Source: Pseudomonadales bacterium (GTDB taxonomy: Bacteria > Pseudomonadota > Gammaproteobacteria > Pseudomonadales > Azotimanducaceae). From it: a DNA stretch of 64,000 nt. The DNA lies in the NCBI GenBank assembly GCA_016779385.1, contig JADHNT010000001.1, positions 602 to 64,601 on the forward strand, written 5' to 3'. The translations under genes were made by a program, and so were the position numbers. A model generated the notes under the pieces. That model was not told where the DNA came from, made no database searches, and saw only the letters and a list, made by a program, of their open reading frames with translations. Shown piece by piece: positions 34,568 to 42,922 of the stretch (position 1 is the first letter of the stretch; each line of letters starts with the position of its first letter).

Positions 34568-35604
34568 TAGCCTTGCCCTCCTTCCAGCAGCTCGAGGGCG
34601 GCTTCTGCCCGGCGTACCACGGAGTCCGCAAACTCCGACAGGTCCAGATCCTCCCGGCTGCCCATGGCCCCGACGCGATAGCGCTTGTACACCCCTTCTC
34701 CGATGGCGGCGAGGCGCCAGTGGCTGAAGGCCCGGTAGTAATCAATCGTGGAAAGATCCCGTCCCGTTTTCTCTGCATAGCGGGCGGCTAGGGCATCTCG
34801 GTCACCAAAGCCCCCCGCGGCCGTGGGGGCCTGATCGCCCTGGCGCGTATCCGCTTCCCCGGGCTGCACCCAAGCGTTCAGGAGATAGCCCACGTCAGCC
34901 AGGGGGTCGCCCAAGGTGCAGAGCTCCCAGTCGAGCACGCCCCGGATCTTGCCGTCGGCCACGATCATGTTGCCCAGGCGATAGTCACCATGAACGATGG
35001 TCGCTCCCACCTGCTCCGGAAGACGCTCCCCCAGGAGGGCCCGCGCCGCATCCATGGCGGGAATTTCCCGCTGCTTAGAGTTCTCCCACTGGGTGGTCCA
35101 GCGCTTCAGCTGCCGGGCAATGTAGGCTTCCTTGCGGCCTAGGGTGCCGAGGCCCACGGCAACAGGGTCGATGTCGTGCAGCGCCGCCAGTACGTCGACC
35201 ACGTTGTCCCCGACGGCGGCCCGGGCCTCCGCAGGCATGTCCCGAGCGCTCTCCGCATCATGGAGCACCACGCCCTCCACAAAGCGCATTACGTAGAACG
35301 GCGCCTCATTCACCGCGAGGTCTTCGCAAAGGCCCAGGGCTGGGGCCACGGGCACGGCGCTGCCGGCGAGGGCGGAAATGATGCGATGTTCCCGCGCCAC
35401 GTCGTGGGCGCTCTGAAGCACGTGCCCCAGGGGCGGCCGGCGGAGCACAAACCGCTGCCCCGCAGCGTCGTCCACGGCATAGGTGAGGTTCGAGTGCCCC
35501 CCGGCAATGAGAGAGAAGGAGAAGGGTCCCCGAGCTCCGGGGATGTGCGCTTCAAACCAGGCCGAAACGGCTTCGCCGTGAACCCCCTCGATGCTCTGCG
35601 TCAT
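34567..35604 (-). CDS. APH-type phosphotransferase family protein (kinase paralog 1)
   Basis: HGDYRLGNMIVADGKIRGVLDWELCTLGDPLADVG. A GGGGGAAGGG SD lies upstream of ATG 35604. Confidence 0.78.
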   Translation of the reverse strand: MTQSIEGVHGEAVSAWFEAHIPGARGPFSFSLIAGGHSNLTYAVDDAAGQRFVLRRPPLGHVLQSAHDVAREHRIISALAGSAVPVAPALGLCEDLAVNEAPFYVMRFVEGVVLHDAESARDMPAEARAAVGDNVVDVLAALHDIDPVAVGLGTLGRKEAYIARQLKRWTTQWENSKQREIPAMDAARALLGERLPEQVGATIVHGDYRLGNMIVADGKIRGVLDWELCTLGDPLADVGYLLNAWVQPGEADTRQGDQAPTAAGGFGDRDALAARYAEKTGRDLSTIDYYRAFSHWRLAAIGEGVYKRYRVGAMGSREDLDLSEFADSVVRRAEAALELLEGGQG

Positions 35605-35639
35605 GACCCTTCCCCCTTAAAGCGTGTGATTTAGGGAAG

Positions 35640-35661
35640 CTTGCCATGAAGCCGTGGCAAG
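35640..35661. promoter_or_regulatory. Inverted repeat in the kinase-operon/MarR divergent gap (candidate operator)
   Basis: CTTGCCA-N8-TGGCAAG, with perfect 7-nt arms. It lies 36-57 nt upstream of the kinase ATG 35604. Confidence 0.3.
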
Positions 35662-35774
35662 GAAAATTCCCCAACGTCCTTACGAGGCGAATCTTTAGGC
35701 CTCTAAAGGCCTGGCCGCCCGGGACAAGATCAGCTAAAATGAGACTCTGTTTCGTTGACAAGACTCCGCGTGCC

Positions 35775-36263
35775 ATGTCCCAGGCCCCGCAAGAGGTTCT
35801 CATCGCCCTTCGGCGCATCATGCGCGCCACAGAGCTGTACTCGAAGCAGCTTTCAAAAACCGCCGGACTGACCTCCCCCCAGCTCCTTATCTTGGCCGCC
35901 ATTGCGCGCATGGGGGACGTCACCATCGGCACCATTGCCCGGGAAGTGAAGCTGAGCCAAGCGACGGTCACCACGATCCTCGATCGCCTTGAGCGGCGGG
36001 GGCTCGTGTATCGAGAACGCAGCACGGTGGACAAGCGAAAGGTGCACGCTCATCTCACGGCGGAAGGGGAAGGGGCGCTCAGCACCGCGCCTACGCCCCT
36101 GCAGCAGTCCTTCATCGCCCGCTACGAAGGCCTGGATCCCTGGGAACAATCCATGATCCTAGCCTCGCTCCAACGGGTCGCGGACATGATGGACGCCGGC
36201 GATCTCGACGCCTCCCCGATGCTCCACGTCGGCACCATTGAGCCGGCCATGCCTCAAGCCTAA
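35775..36263 (+). CDS. MarR family transcriptional regulator
   Basis: Winged-helix region LTSPQLLILAAIARMGDVTIGTIAREVKLSQATVTTILDRLERRGLVYRERSTVDKRKV. Start chosen at ATG 35775; ATG 35739 is possible. Confidence 0.8.
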   Translation: MSQAPQEVLIALRRIMRATELYSKQLSKTAGLTSPQLLILAAIARMGDVTIGTIAREVKLSQATVTTILDRLERRGLVYRERSTVDKRKVHAHLTAEGEGALSTAPTPLQQSFIARYEGLDPWEQSMILASLQRVADMMDAGDLDASPMLHVGTIEPAMPQA

Positions 36264-36322
36264 GGCAGGCATTTTCCCCGCTACCCGCTAGTGGCATGCT
36301 CTCCTCTTCAAGGAGAGCCCCC

Positions 36323-37672
36323 ATGCACCAGCCCGTCCTCGAAAGCCAAGCTCAGCCTAGTGATCCCTGGCCTTTTCTTCCTGGCCGCTTCTCTCTGCGC
36401 GTGGTTCGCGCCCAGGGAAGCACGCTCTGGACCGACCAGGGGGAAGCCATCCTCGATGCCGCCGGCGGCGCCATCGTCAACAACATCGGCCATGGCCGGC
36501 GCCGGGTCGCCGAGGCCCTCGCCTCAGCTACGGAAACCCTGACCTACGCCGTACCCCCGTGGTCCACCCCGAGCCGGGAAGGGCTTGCCACGCGGCTGCG
36601 GGAGGATTGGCTACCCCCAGCCCTTGATCGCGTGTACTTCTCTGCCGGAGGCTCGGAAGCCACGGAGGTAGCCATGAAACTGGCCATCCAACACTTCCAG
36701 GCCAAGGGCGAGGGACAACGGACCAAAATTCTTGGGCGACGCCTGTCCTACCATGGCACCACCATTGCCACCACGGCGGTGGGGGGACACGACGCGCGGA
36801 AGGCGGGCCTCGGCCCCCTGCTCGCCCCCTTCCCGCAGCTGGAAACGCCCTATCCCCTCCGCTGCCCCGCGGGCGCGGATCCGGAGGCCCAGCTGGCCTA
36901 TTACCTCGCGGACTTTGATCAGGTCGTCGCCACCGAGGGCCCGGAGACCATTGCAGGGCTTATTGCTGAGCCCATCGTGGGCTCCTCCGGCGGCGCGCTC
37001 CGCCCTCCCGAGGGCTACTGGCCAGCCATCGCCGAGCGGTGCAAGCGCCACGGCATCCTCCTCATCTTCGATGAGGTCATGACGGGCTTCGGGCGCACGG
37101 GAACGGCCTTCGCCGGCGACCACTGGGGCCTGACCCCGGACATCCTCGTTGGGGGCAAGGGCCTCGCCGGGGGCTATGCGCCCCTTGGGGGCGTCTTCAG
37201 CCATCGCGGCGTGCTCGAGCCCATTGCCGAAGCGGGGCTGGAGGTCATGTTCCACACGTTCGGCGCGCACCCCGGGGCCTGCGCTGCGGCGGAGACGGTG
37301 CTAGCCATCATGAAGGAAGAGGGGCTCGTGGCCGCCGCCGCTCAGAAGGGGGCCTTCCTCAAAGCCTGTCTAGAAGACGTGCTTGGGGATCACCCGCAGG
37401 TCGCCGAAGTGCGCGGCGCAGGCCTCCTTCTAGCCGTGGAACTGGTACAGAACCGGGAGACGGGCGAGCCCTTCCCCCGGACGCGCAAGCTCACCCTCAG
37501 CGTCCTTGAGGAAGGGCTCAAGCGTGGGGTGTATTACTATCCCGGCGGCACGGGGACGGTGCGCGATATCCTGTGCCTGGGGCCAGCCATGATCACTACG
37601 GACGGGGAACTGGAACAGATGGCGACCACCCTTCGCGCGGCCATCGATGGCGCCCTAGCCCGTCATGCTTAG
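36323..37672 (+). CDS. Class III (omega) pyridoxal-phosphate aminotransferase
   Basis: ATG 36323 with AAGGAGA SD. Contains GGSEATEVAMKLA, LIFDEVMTGFGRTG and a PLP-Lys region VGGKGLAGGYAPLGG. Confidence 0.85.
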   Translation: MHQPVLESQAQPSDPWPFLPGRFSLRVVRAQGSTLWTDQGEAILDAAGGAIVNNIGHGRRRVAEALASATETLTYAVPPWSTPSREGLATRLREDWLPPALDRVYFSAGGSEATEVAMKLAIQHFQAKGEGQRTKILGRRLSYHGTTIATTAVGGHDARKAGLGPLLAPFPQLETPYPLRCPAGADPEAQLAYYLADFDQVVATEGPETIAGLIAEPIVGSSGGALRPPEGYWPAIAERCKRHGILLIFDEVMTGFGRTGTAFAGDHWGLTPDILVGGKGLAGGYAPLGGVFSHRGVLEPIAEAGLEVMFHTFGAHPGACAAAETVLAIMKEEGLVAAAAQKGAFLKACLEDVLGDHPQVAEVRGAGLLLAVELVQNRETGEPFPRTRKLTLSVLEEGLKRGVYYYPGGTGTVRDILCLGPAMITTDGELEQMATTLRAAIDGALARHA

Positions 37673-38414
37673 GGACCTTCCCCTGGCCGCCCAAGCCTTA
37701 CTTCGCGGAGCGGAGCTGCTCTTCCACCGGGAGCTCAGGTGGCTGATCCTTGCGCCCCTAGGCCTCATGCTGGCGGTCTACGGCACCCTTGTTTTTACGG
37801 CACTGGAGCTGTTCGCCCCCCCCGTAGCGGGCCTCGGCACCGCCCTCCCGGAGGCTCTCGCGGGCCTCGCGGGCGTTCTACAGATGCTAGCCTGGCTCCT
37901 ACTCTTCGCCCTCCTCGGCATCTTGGCCCTGCTCCTGAGCCAAACGCTGGCGGCGCCCTTCTACAGCGCGCTGGCGCGGCGAACGGAACTGCTCCTTACA
38001 GGGGGCAATCGGGAAAGCGGCAGGAGCCTCTGGAGCGAACTGGGGGCGACCTTTAAGCGAGAACTGGAGAAGCTGCGCTGGAGCGTACCGCGCCTCGCCG
38101 TACTCTTCGGCGTGAGCCTGATTCCTGGCCTGGGGCTTTTGGCCGCGCCCCTGACCCTCTTGCTAGGGGCCTGGATGCTTGCGGGGCAATTTCTCGATTT
38201 TACGCAGGAAAACCGAGGACAGCGCTTTGCGGAAACGCTGGCGCTTATGAGGCGTCACCGCCTCGGGGTGCTGGCCTTTGGGGTGCCCTTGGCTCTGGGG
38301 GTAACCCTACCGGTGCTGGGCGCCCTCGTGGGCGCCCTCGCCGTCGTCTCTGGCTCAGTGCTTGTGCTCACCCTGCGCGGTGAGCACCGCATCGTGGCCG
38401 TAGGAGATCCCTAG
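37665..38414 (+). CDS. CysZ/EI24 family membrane protein
   Basis: LAAPFYSALARRTE and IPGLGLLAAPLTLLLGAWMLAGQFLDFTQENRG parallel conserved E. coli CysZ blocks. ATG overlaps the aminotransferase 3' end by 8 nt. Confidence 0.7.
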   Translation: MLRDLPLAAQALLRGAELLFHRELRWLILAPLGLMLAVYGTLVFTALELFAPPVAGLGTALPEALAGLAGVLQMLAWLLLFALLGILALLLSQTLAAPFYSALARRTELLLTGGNRESGRSLWSELGATFKRELEKLRWSVPRLAVLFGVSLIPGLGLLAAPLTLLLGAWMLAGQFLDFTQENRGQRFAETLALMRRHRLGVLAFGVPLALGVTLPVLGALVGALAVVSGSVLVLTLRGEHRIVAVGDP

Positions 38415-39325
38415 ACCGGATCCCAGCTGAAGACACTGTTGGTGGCGCCGAGGTCGTGGAAGGACCCGGCCATGGCCGGCAAGCCCTGCTCCACTAGCGT
38501 TTCCGGCGTCCAGCCGTCCAGCTGCGCGATGCTGCGCACGGGCCGGGGCTGGCTCATGAGGAACACCTCGTTACCGCGGACGGAGAAGATCTGCCCGGAG
38601 ACGTCCTTCGCCGCGGCCAGGGCAACGGCCATGGTGGCCACCTGATCGGCGCGCATCTTTTTCTGGAACATCTCTACCCGCTTCTGGCTCGCCTCATCCT
38701 TTACTGGGATGGTGGCAATCATGCGGGTCCAGGCGAAGGGGGCGATCACGTTTGAGCGAACGTTCTTGGCAGCCCCTTCCATGGCGATGATCCGAGAAAG
38801 GCCCGCGATTCCCATCTTTGCCGCCGCGTAGTTGGCCTGACCAATGTTACCAATGAGCCCGGAGGTCGATGTGAACATCACGAAGGACCCGTCTTCCTGA
38901 TCGCGGAAGTGGTTAATGGCGGCCCGGGCAATGTTGTAGTGGCCATTGAGGTGAACATCGATAACCGCATCCCAGTCTTCGTCGGTCATCTTGTGGAACA
39001 TTTTGTCCCGGAGAATGCCCGCGGGGTTGATGACGGCGTGCAGCCCTTTGAAGGTGTCCAGGGCGCACTCGACCATGGCCTTGGCACCGGCGCGATCGGA
39101 GACGCTGTGGGAATCGGCAACGGCTTCGCCCCCGGCGGTCTTGATCTCGTCCACGACCTCCTGAGCCGGACCCGCATCGCCCAGGGGGTCATCCCCCTTC
39201 ACCGATCCGCCGAGATCGTTCACCACCACCTTAGCGCCTTCCCGAGCTGCCAGCAGGGCGCATTCCCGCCCGATACCCCGGGCCGCCCCGGTGACCAGTA
39301 CTACCTTGCCGTCAAGCTGTCCCAT
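38411..39325 (-). CDS. SDR family oxidoreductase (hydroxyacyl-CoA dehydrogenase-like)
   Basis: ATG 39325 with GGAGGAG SD. Has VTGAARGIGR and catalytic YAAAKMGIAG. Confidence 0.8.
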   Translation of the reverse strand: MGQLDGKVVLVTGAARGIGRECALLAAREGAKVVVNDLGGSVKGDDPLGDAGPAQEVVDEIKTAGGEAVADSHSVSDRAGAKAMVECALDTFKGLHAVINPAGILRDKMFHKMTDEDWDAVIDVHLNGHYNIARAAINHFRDQEDGSFVMFTSTSGLIGNIGQANYAAAKMGIAGLSRIIAMEGAAKNVRSNVIAPFAWTRMIATIPVKDEASQKRVEMFQKKMRADQVATMAVALAAAKDVSGQIFSVRGNEVFLMSQPRPVRSIAQLDGWTPETLVEQGLPAMAGSFHDLGATNSVFSWDPV

Positions 39326-39373
39326 GTGCTCCTCCAACCATGAATTGAACCGCCAGTTTAGTGCCCCGGCCCC

Positions 39374-40255
39374 CTACCCCGCCAGAGAGGCGGGCATCCC
39401 CTCCTCCGGCGCCGCGTCAATGACGAGGTGCCCAGCAAGGAGACGAGACCCAGCGGTGGCGAAGCTGGCCCGAAGGCGATAGCCCCGGAGCACCCAGGGC
39501 AGCCAGCCCCGGTCGTCGGCCCACATGCGCCCATAGGGCATGGCCTGGCGAGACACCCAGAGAGGCTTGCCCTCGGCGCTCTCCCGGGGCGCGCCCTTAA
39601 AGGCTTCGCAGCGATAGGCGAAGCCGTGAATGCGCGATCCGTCCTCATCCTCGAAGCGAAGTTCGGCGCACAGCCTCGGCGCCTTGCCCCGAATCCCTAG
39701 CTCCTCCTCCGCCTCCCGCAGAGCGCAGGCCCGGAGCGACTCCCCCGACTCCAGCTTGCCCCCAGGACCGTTGATGAGCCCGGCGCCGTGCCCTCGCTTC
39801 TTCTCCATCAGCAGCACCTCGTCGCCCCGGCAAACAAAGAGCAAGGTCGCGAGCTGCGCACCGGGGAAGGGGCCTTGCAGGGACGGGGGCGCAAGCGCGG
39901 GACGAGGGTCACAGGCCAGCATCAGCCGCGCGGCCTGCAGGGGCTTGCCCGCTCGGGGTAGAAAACCGCGGCGACCGAGGGCCTTCAGCAGCGCCGGGGA
40001 CGGTCCGTCCAGCAGGAGGGTTAGGGCCACGCCCTCGGCGAGGAGGCGATCCGCCCAAGCCAATACGGCGTCTCCCGGCGAGGAAGGATTGGGGGCCAGC
40101 ATCGCGCCGCCGCGGCGACGCAGGCCAAAGCGCCCCGAAAGGGGCGCAAGCCCCGACGCGGAAAGGAGGCCTGGACACAGCTTTCCCCGGTGCGGGAGTG
40201 TACCGGGCGCCGGCGTAAACCACGCCGAGAGCGCCGCCTGCTGCGCCGGATCCAT
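39374..40255 (-). CDS. Nudix hydrolase with about 140-aa N-terminal extension
   Basis: Nudix box GPGGKLESGESLRACALREAEEELGI in the C-terminal half. GGGAAGGG SD lies upstream of ATG 40255. Confidence 0.7.
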   Translation of the reverse strand: MDPAQQAALSAWFTPAPGTLPHRGKLCPGLLSASGLAPLSGRFGLRRRGGAMLAPNPSSPGDAVLAWADRLLAEGVALTLLLDGPSPALLKALGRRGFLPRAGKPLQAARLMLACDPRPALAPPSLQGPFPGAQLATLLFVCRGDEVLLMEKKRGHGAGLINGPGGKLESGESLRACALREAEEELGIRGKAPRLCAELRFEDEDGSRIHGFAYRCEAFKGAPRESAEGKPLWVSRQAMPYGRMWADDRGWLPWVLRGYRLRASFATAGSRLLAGHLVIDAAPEEGMPASLAG

Positions 40256-40288
40256 AGCACCCTTCCCTAGCGGAAAGGCAGAAGTGTA

Positions 40289-41308
40289 CTAGCCCCCGAC
40301 GGAGGACGCCCTCGCCGCCGGGACGGGCACCAGGTCGGCGAGGAAGCGCTCTGCGATTTGATTCCAGCCCTGGGCCTCTGCATAGCGCCGGCACGCACCA
40401 CGATCGCAGGCAAGCGCCCGGGTCACGGCCTCAGCCAGATCGGCATGAAGACCGCCGGTGACCCCATCCTCCACGATGTCGATAGGGCCCGTAACGGGAT
40501 AGGCGGCTACGGGTGTTCCTGTGGCCAGGGCCTCCAGCATCACCAGCCCGAAGGTGTCCGTTTTCGAGGGAAAGACAAACACGTCCGCGTCCCCGTAGAT
40601 CGCCGCGAGCTCAGCGCCGTAGCGGTAGCCGAGAAAGCGCACCTCGGGGTGGCGCGCTTCAAGCTGGGCCCGGGCGGGGCCGTCTCCGACCACCAGCTTT
40701 TCCCCGGGCACCTTGAGCTCGAGAAAAGCCGGCAGATTCTTTTCCACGGCCACCCGTCCCACGTAGAGCAGGCGCGGCCGCTCGCGCGGCGCCTCCCGGG
40801 GCACGTAGGGATAGGCATCCAGGGCGACCCCCCGCCCCCACACTGTGAGATTTCGCAGCCCCCAGTCCCCGAGCTCTCGCTTCTGGGACGCCGTGGTCAC
40901 CAGCGTGCTGGCTGCCGCGCCATGGAACCAGCGCAAGAAACCGTAACCCAGGGCCAGGGGCAGGCGAGTCCGCTCATAGAGGTATTCCGGAAACTTCGTA
41001 TGCAGGGAGGTGGTAAAAGGCACGCCTCGGCGCATGGCCCAGCGCCGGGCGGCCAAGCCGAGGGGCCCCTCCGTAGCAATGTGGAGCGCATCGAACCCAT
41101 ACGCATCCAGCGACCTTCCAAGCCCGTAGGGCAAGGGCGCCACCTTAACCTCTCGATAGGCAGGCAAGGGCAAGGTAAAGAACTGAGCGGGCTCAAACAC
41201 CCGCACCTCGTGGCCCCGGGCTTCTGCCCCCGCGATCACCTGCTTTAGGGTCGTCACTACCCCGTTGGTTTGAGGCGTCCAAGCGTCGGTTACCAGGGCG
41301 ATCTTCAT
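40289..41308 (-). CDS. agt: GT4-type glycosyltransferase, probable diacylglycerol glycosyltransferase (Agt-like)
   Basis: MKIALVTDAWTPQTNGVVTT N-terminus and GT-B C-terminal block VFVFPSKTDTFGLVMLEALATGTPV. ATG overlaps the stop of the upstream phosphoesterase gene (ATGA). Confidence 0.6.
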   Translation of the reverse strand: MKIALVTDAWTPQTNGVVTTLKQVIAGAEARGHEVRVFEPAQFFTLPLPAYREVKVAPLPYGLGRSLDAYGFDALHIATEGPLGLAARRWAMRRGVPFTTSLHTKFPEYLYERTRLPLALGYGFLRWFHGAAASTLVTTASQKRELGDWGLRNLTVWGRGVALDAYPYVPREAPRERPRLLYVGRVAVEKNLPAFLELKVPGEKLVVGDGPARAQLEARHPEVRFLGYRYGAELAAIYGDADVFVFPSKTDTFGLVMLEALATGTPVAAYPVTGPIDIVEDGVTGGLHADLAEAVTRALACDRGACRRYAEAQGWNQIAERFLADLVPVPAARASSVGG

Positions 41309-42186
41309 GCTGCGCGATCCGCCAGCAGCTCAGCCTTCGCCAAAGCCAGTTCCGCCGCCAGGGGCCCACCCAAAGGCACGGACGCCGGCGCGGCCTCCTC
41401 CCGGAACGCGGCCACTTCTTCACGCCAGTACAGGAGATGAATTTGCCCCTGATCGTCCTCCGCCAGAGCCGTGCAGGACTCCACCCAATCGCCACAGTTC
41501 AGATATTCGATGGCACCAATGCGGCGCATCTCCGCGTGGTGAATGTGACCGCAAATCACCCCCTGGAAACCTTCCCGCTCACAGGCGTGGGCGACCGCGC
41601 CCTCAAAATCGCTGATGAAGTTCACGGCGCGCTTCACCCGGTGCTTCACCCAGGCCGAGAGGGACCAGCGGCCAAAGCCCAAGCGCTCCCGCACCCAGTT
41701 GTTCACCCGGTTCACCGACAGCAGGAAGTTGTAGCCCACATCCCCAAGGAAGGCGATCCAGCGATGGTAGCGGGTGATGACGTCGTACTCATCCCCGTGA
41801 ATAACAAGGAAACGGCGGCCATCGGCGGTGCGATGCTCGGCCCGATCTACCAGCTTCAAGTTGCCAAAGCTGTGATCGGAGTAGCGCCTTAGGAATTCAT
41901 CATGATTGCCGGTAACGAAAACGATCTCCGTCCCTCGCTTGGTGAGGGTTAAGAGCCGCCGAAGCACGTTGCTGTGGCTCTGGGGCCAATAGAGGCTCCG
42001 CTTTAGGCGCCAGCCGTCGATGATGTCCCCCACCAGATAAAGGTGATCGCATTCATGGGCCTTGAGAAAGGCCGTGAGCGCCTCGGCTTGGCAGCCCCGG
42101 CTACCGAGGTGGAGATCGGAGAGGAACAGCGTGCGGTAGCGAACTTTCTGACCGTCGGTGAGATCGGCAGGCGTTGACGTGTCCAT
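41305..42186 (-). CDS. plcP: LpxH-like metallophosphoesterase, probable phospholipase C PlcP
   Basis: Calcineurin-like motifs LFLSDLHLG, YLVGDIIDGW, VTGNHDEF, VIHGDEYD and ICGHIHHA. Coupled to a GT4 gene and preceded by a Pho-box-like repeat. Confidence 0.6.
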   Translation of the reverse strand: MDTSTPADLTDGQKVRYRTLFLSDLHLGSRGCQAEALTAFLKAHECDHLYLVGDIIDGWRLKRSLYWPQSHSNVLRRLLTLTKRGTEIVFVTGNHDEFLRRYSDHSFGNLKLVDRAEHRTADGRRFLVIHGDEYDVITRYHRWIAFLGDVGYNFLLSVNRVNNWVRERLGFGRWSLSAWVKHRVKRAVNFISDFEGAVAHACEREGFQGVICGHIHHAEMRRIGAIEYLNCGDWVESCTALAEDDQGQIHLLYWREEVAAFREEAAPASVPLGGPLAAELALAKAELLADRAA

Positions 42187-42228
42187 GGCAGACCCTCGAG
42201 CGAGTTTCTCCCACCCTAGGGCCTGCCG

Positions 42229-42256
42229 ATGACACAGCGGTGATTATTTGATCACA
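42229..42256 (-). promoter_or_regulatory. Pho-box-like triple direct repeat upstream of plcP
   Basis: Gene-strand sequence is TGTGAT-caaat-AATCAC-cgctg-TGTCAT: three hexamers on an exact 11-nt register. A -10-like TAGGGT follows 10 nt further on, and the plcP ATG is 42 nt downstream of the last repeat. Confidence 0.5.
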
Positions 42257-42259
42257 AAA

Positions 42260-42922
42260 TCATGACGCTGCCGGAGCCTCGTGGCGCACGGCGTAGCGCG
42301 CTTCAAGGGCCGCATAGAGCGCTACCCGGTAGTCGGGAGCGTCCACGGGCAGGATCGCCTCAAGCTCCACGAGGTGCACGTTATCTTCCCGCCCCTGCCA
42401 AAGCTTATCGTAGGTCCCCGCCTTATAACCGTGGTCCTGGCGAAAGGCGTTCAGGACGTTCTTCCCCACATAGGCCCGATACAGCCCAGGAAGATCCAGG
42501 GCCACGGCCCGAAGGCAGGCCAGGAAAGCCGGCACGTCGAAGCGCTTTTCCCCCACGGCCGCGGCGGCTAGGGTCTCCACCGCTTCCCGGAAGTGCTCCG
42601 GTTTGCCGGGGTCCGTGAGACCCAAGCGCACCGTTTCCGCGAGGGCCTCATCTACCCGGTCCTCAAGGAGCAGCATGCTCAGCCCAAAGTGCCAGATATC
42701 CACAAGCTCCAGGCGTACCTGGGGAAGATCGCACTCCTGATGCTTCCACCATTTCCAGCCGTAGTGATCCAGAAGCTCCGCGCATTCCACCCAGATGGCT
42801 CTATAGTAGGCGAGGCCCACGGTACGCCAGGCGGGATTCACGGCGAGGTTGTGCGCCTCTTGAAGCGCCGCCATTTCCCCGAGGAGCTTCTCCGCCAGGG
42901 ACTGCTCAAGGGCGGCGCTCAT
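42260..42922 (-). CDS. Dimeric all-alpha dUTP diphosphatase (dUTPase_2 family)
   Basis: AIWVECAELLDHYGWKWWKH, LELVDIWHFGLSMLLLED and YVGKNVLNAFRQDHGYKAGTYDKLWQGREDN match the conserved blocks of the Campylobacter/trypanosomatid dimeric dUTPases. Confidence 0.88.
   Translation of the reverse strand: MSAALEQSLAEKLLGEMAALQEAHNLAVNPAWRTVGLAYYRAIWVECAELLDHYGWKWWKHQECDLPQVRLELVDIWHFGLSMLLLEDRVDEALAETVRLGLTDPGKPEHFREAVETLAAAAVGEKRFDVPAFLACLRAVALDLPGLYRAYVGKNVLNAFRQDHGYKAGTYDKLWQGREDNVHLVELEAILPVDAPDYRVALYAALEARYAVRHEAPAAS

Noticed and set aside
35755-35760. Perfect TTGACA hexamer upstream of the MarR gene as its -35 box
   Set aside because: It lies only 15 nt before ATG 35775 and has no matching -10, so it cannot serve that start codon. 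It may be coincidental, or it may argue for a different start.
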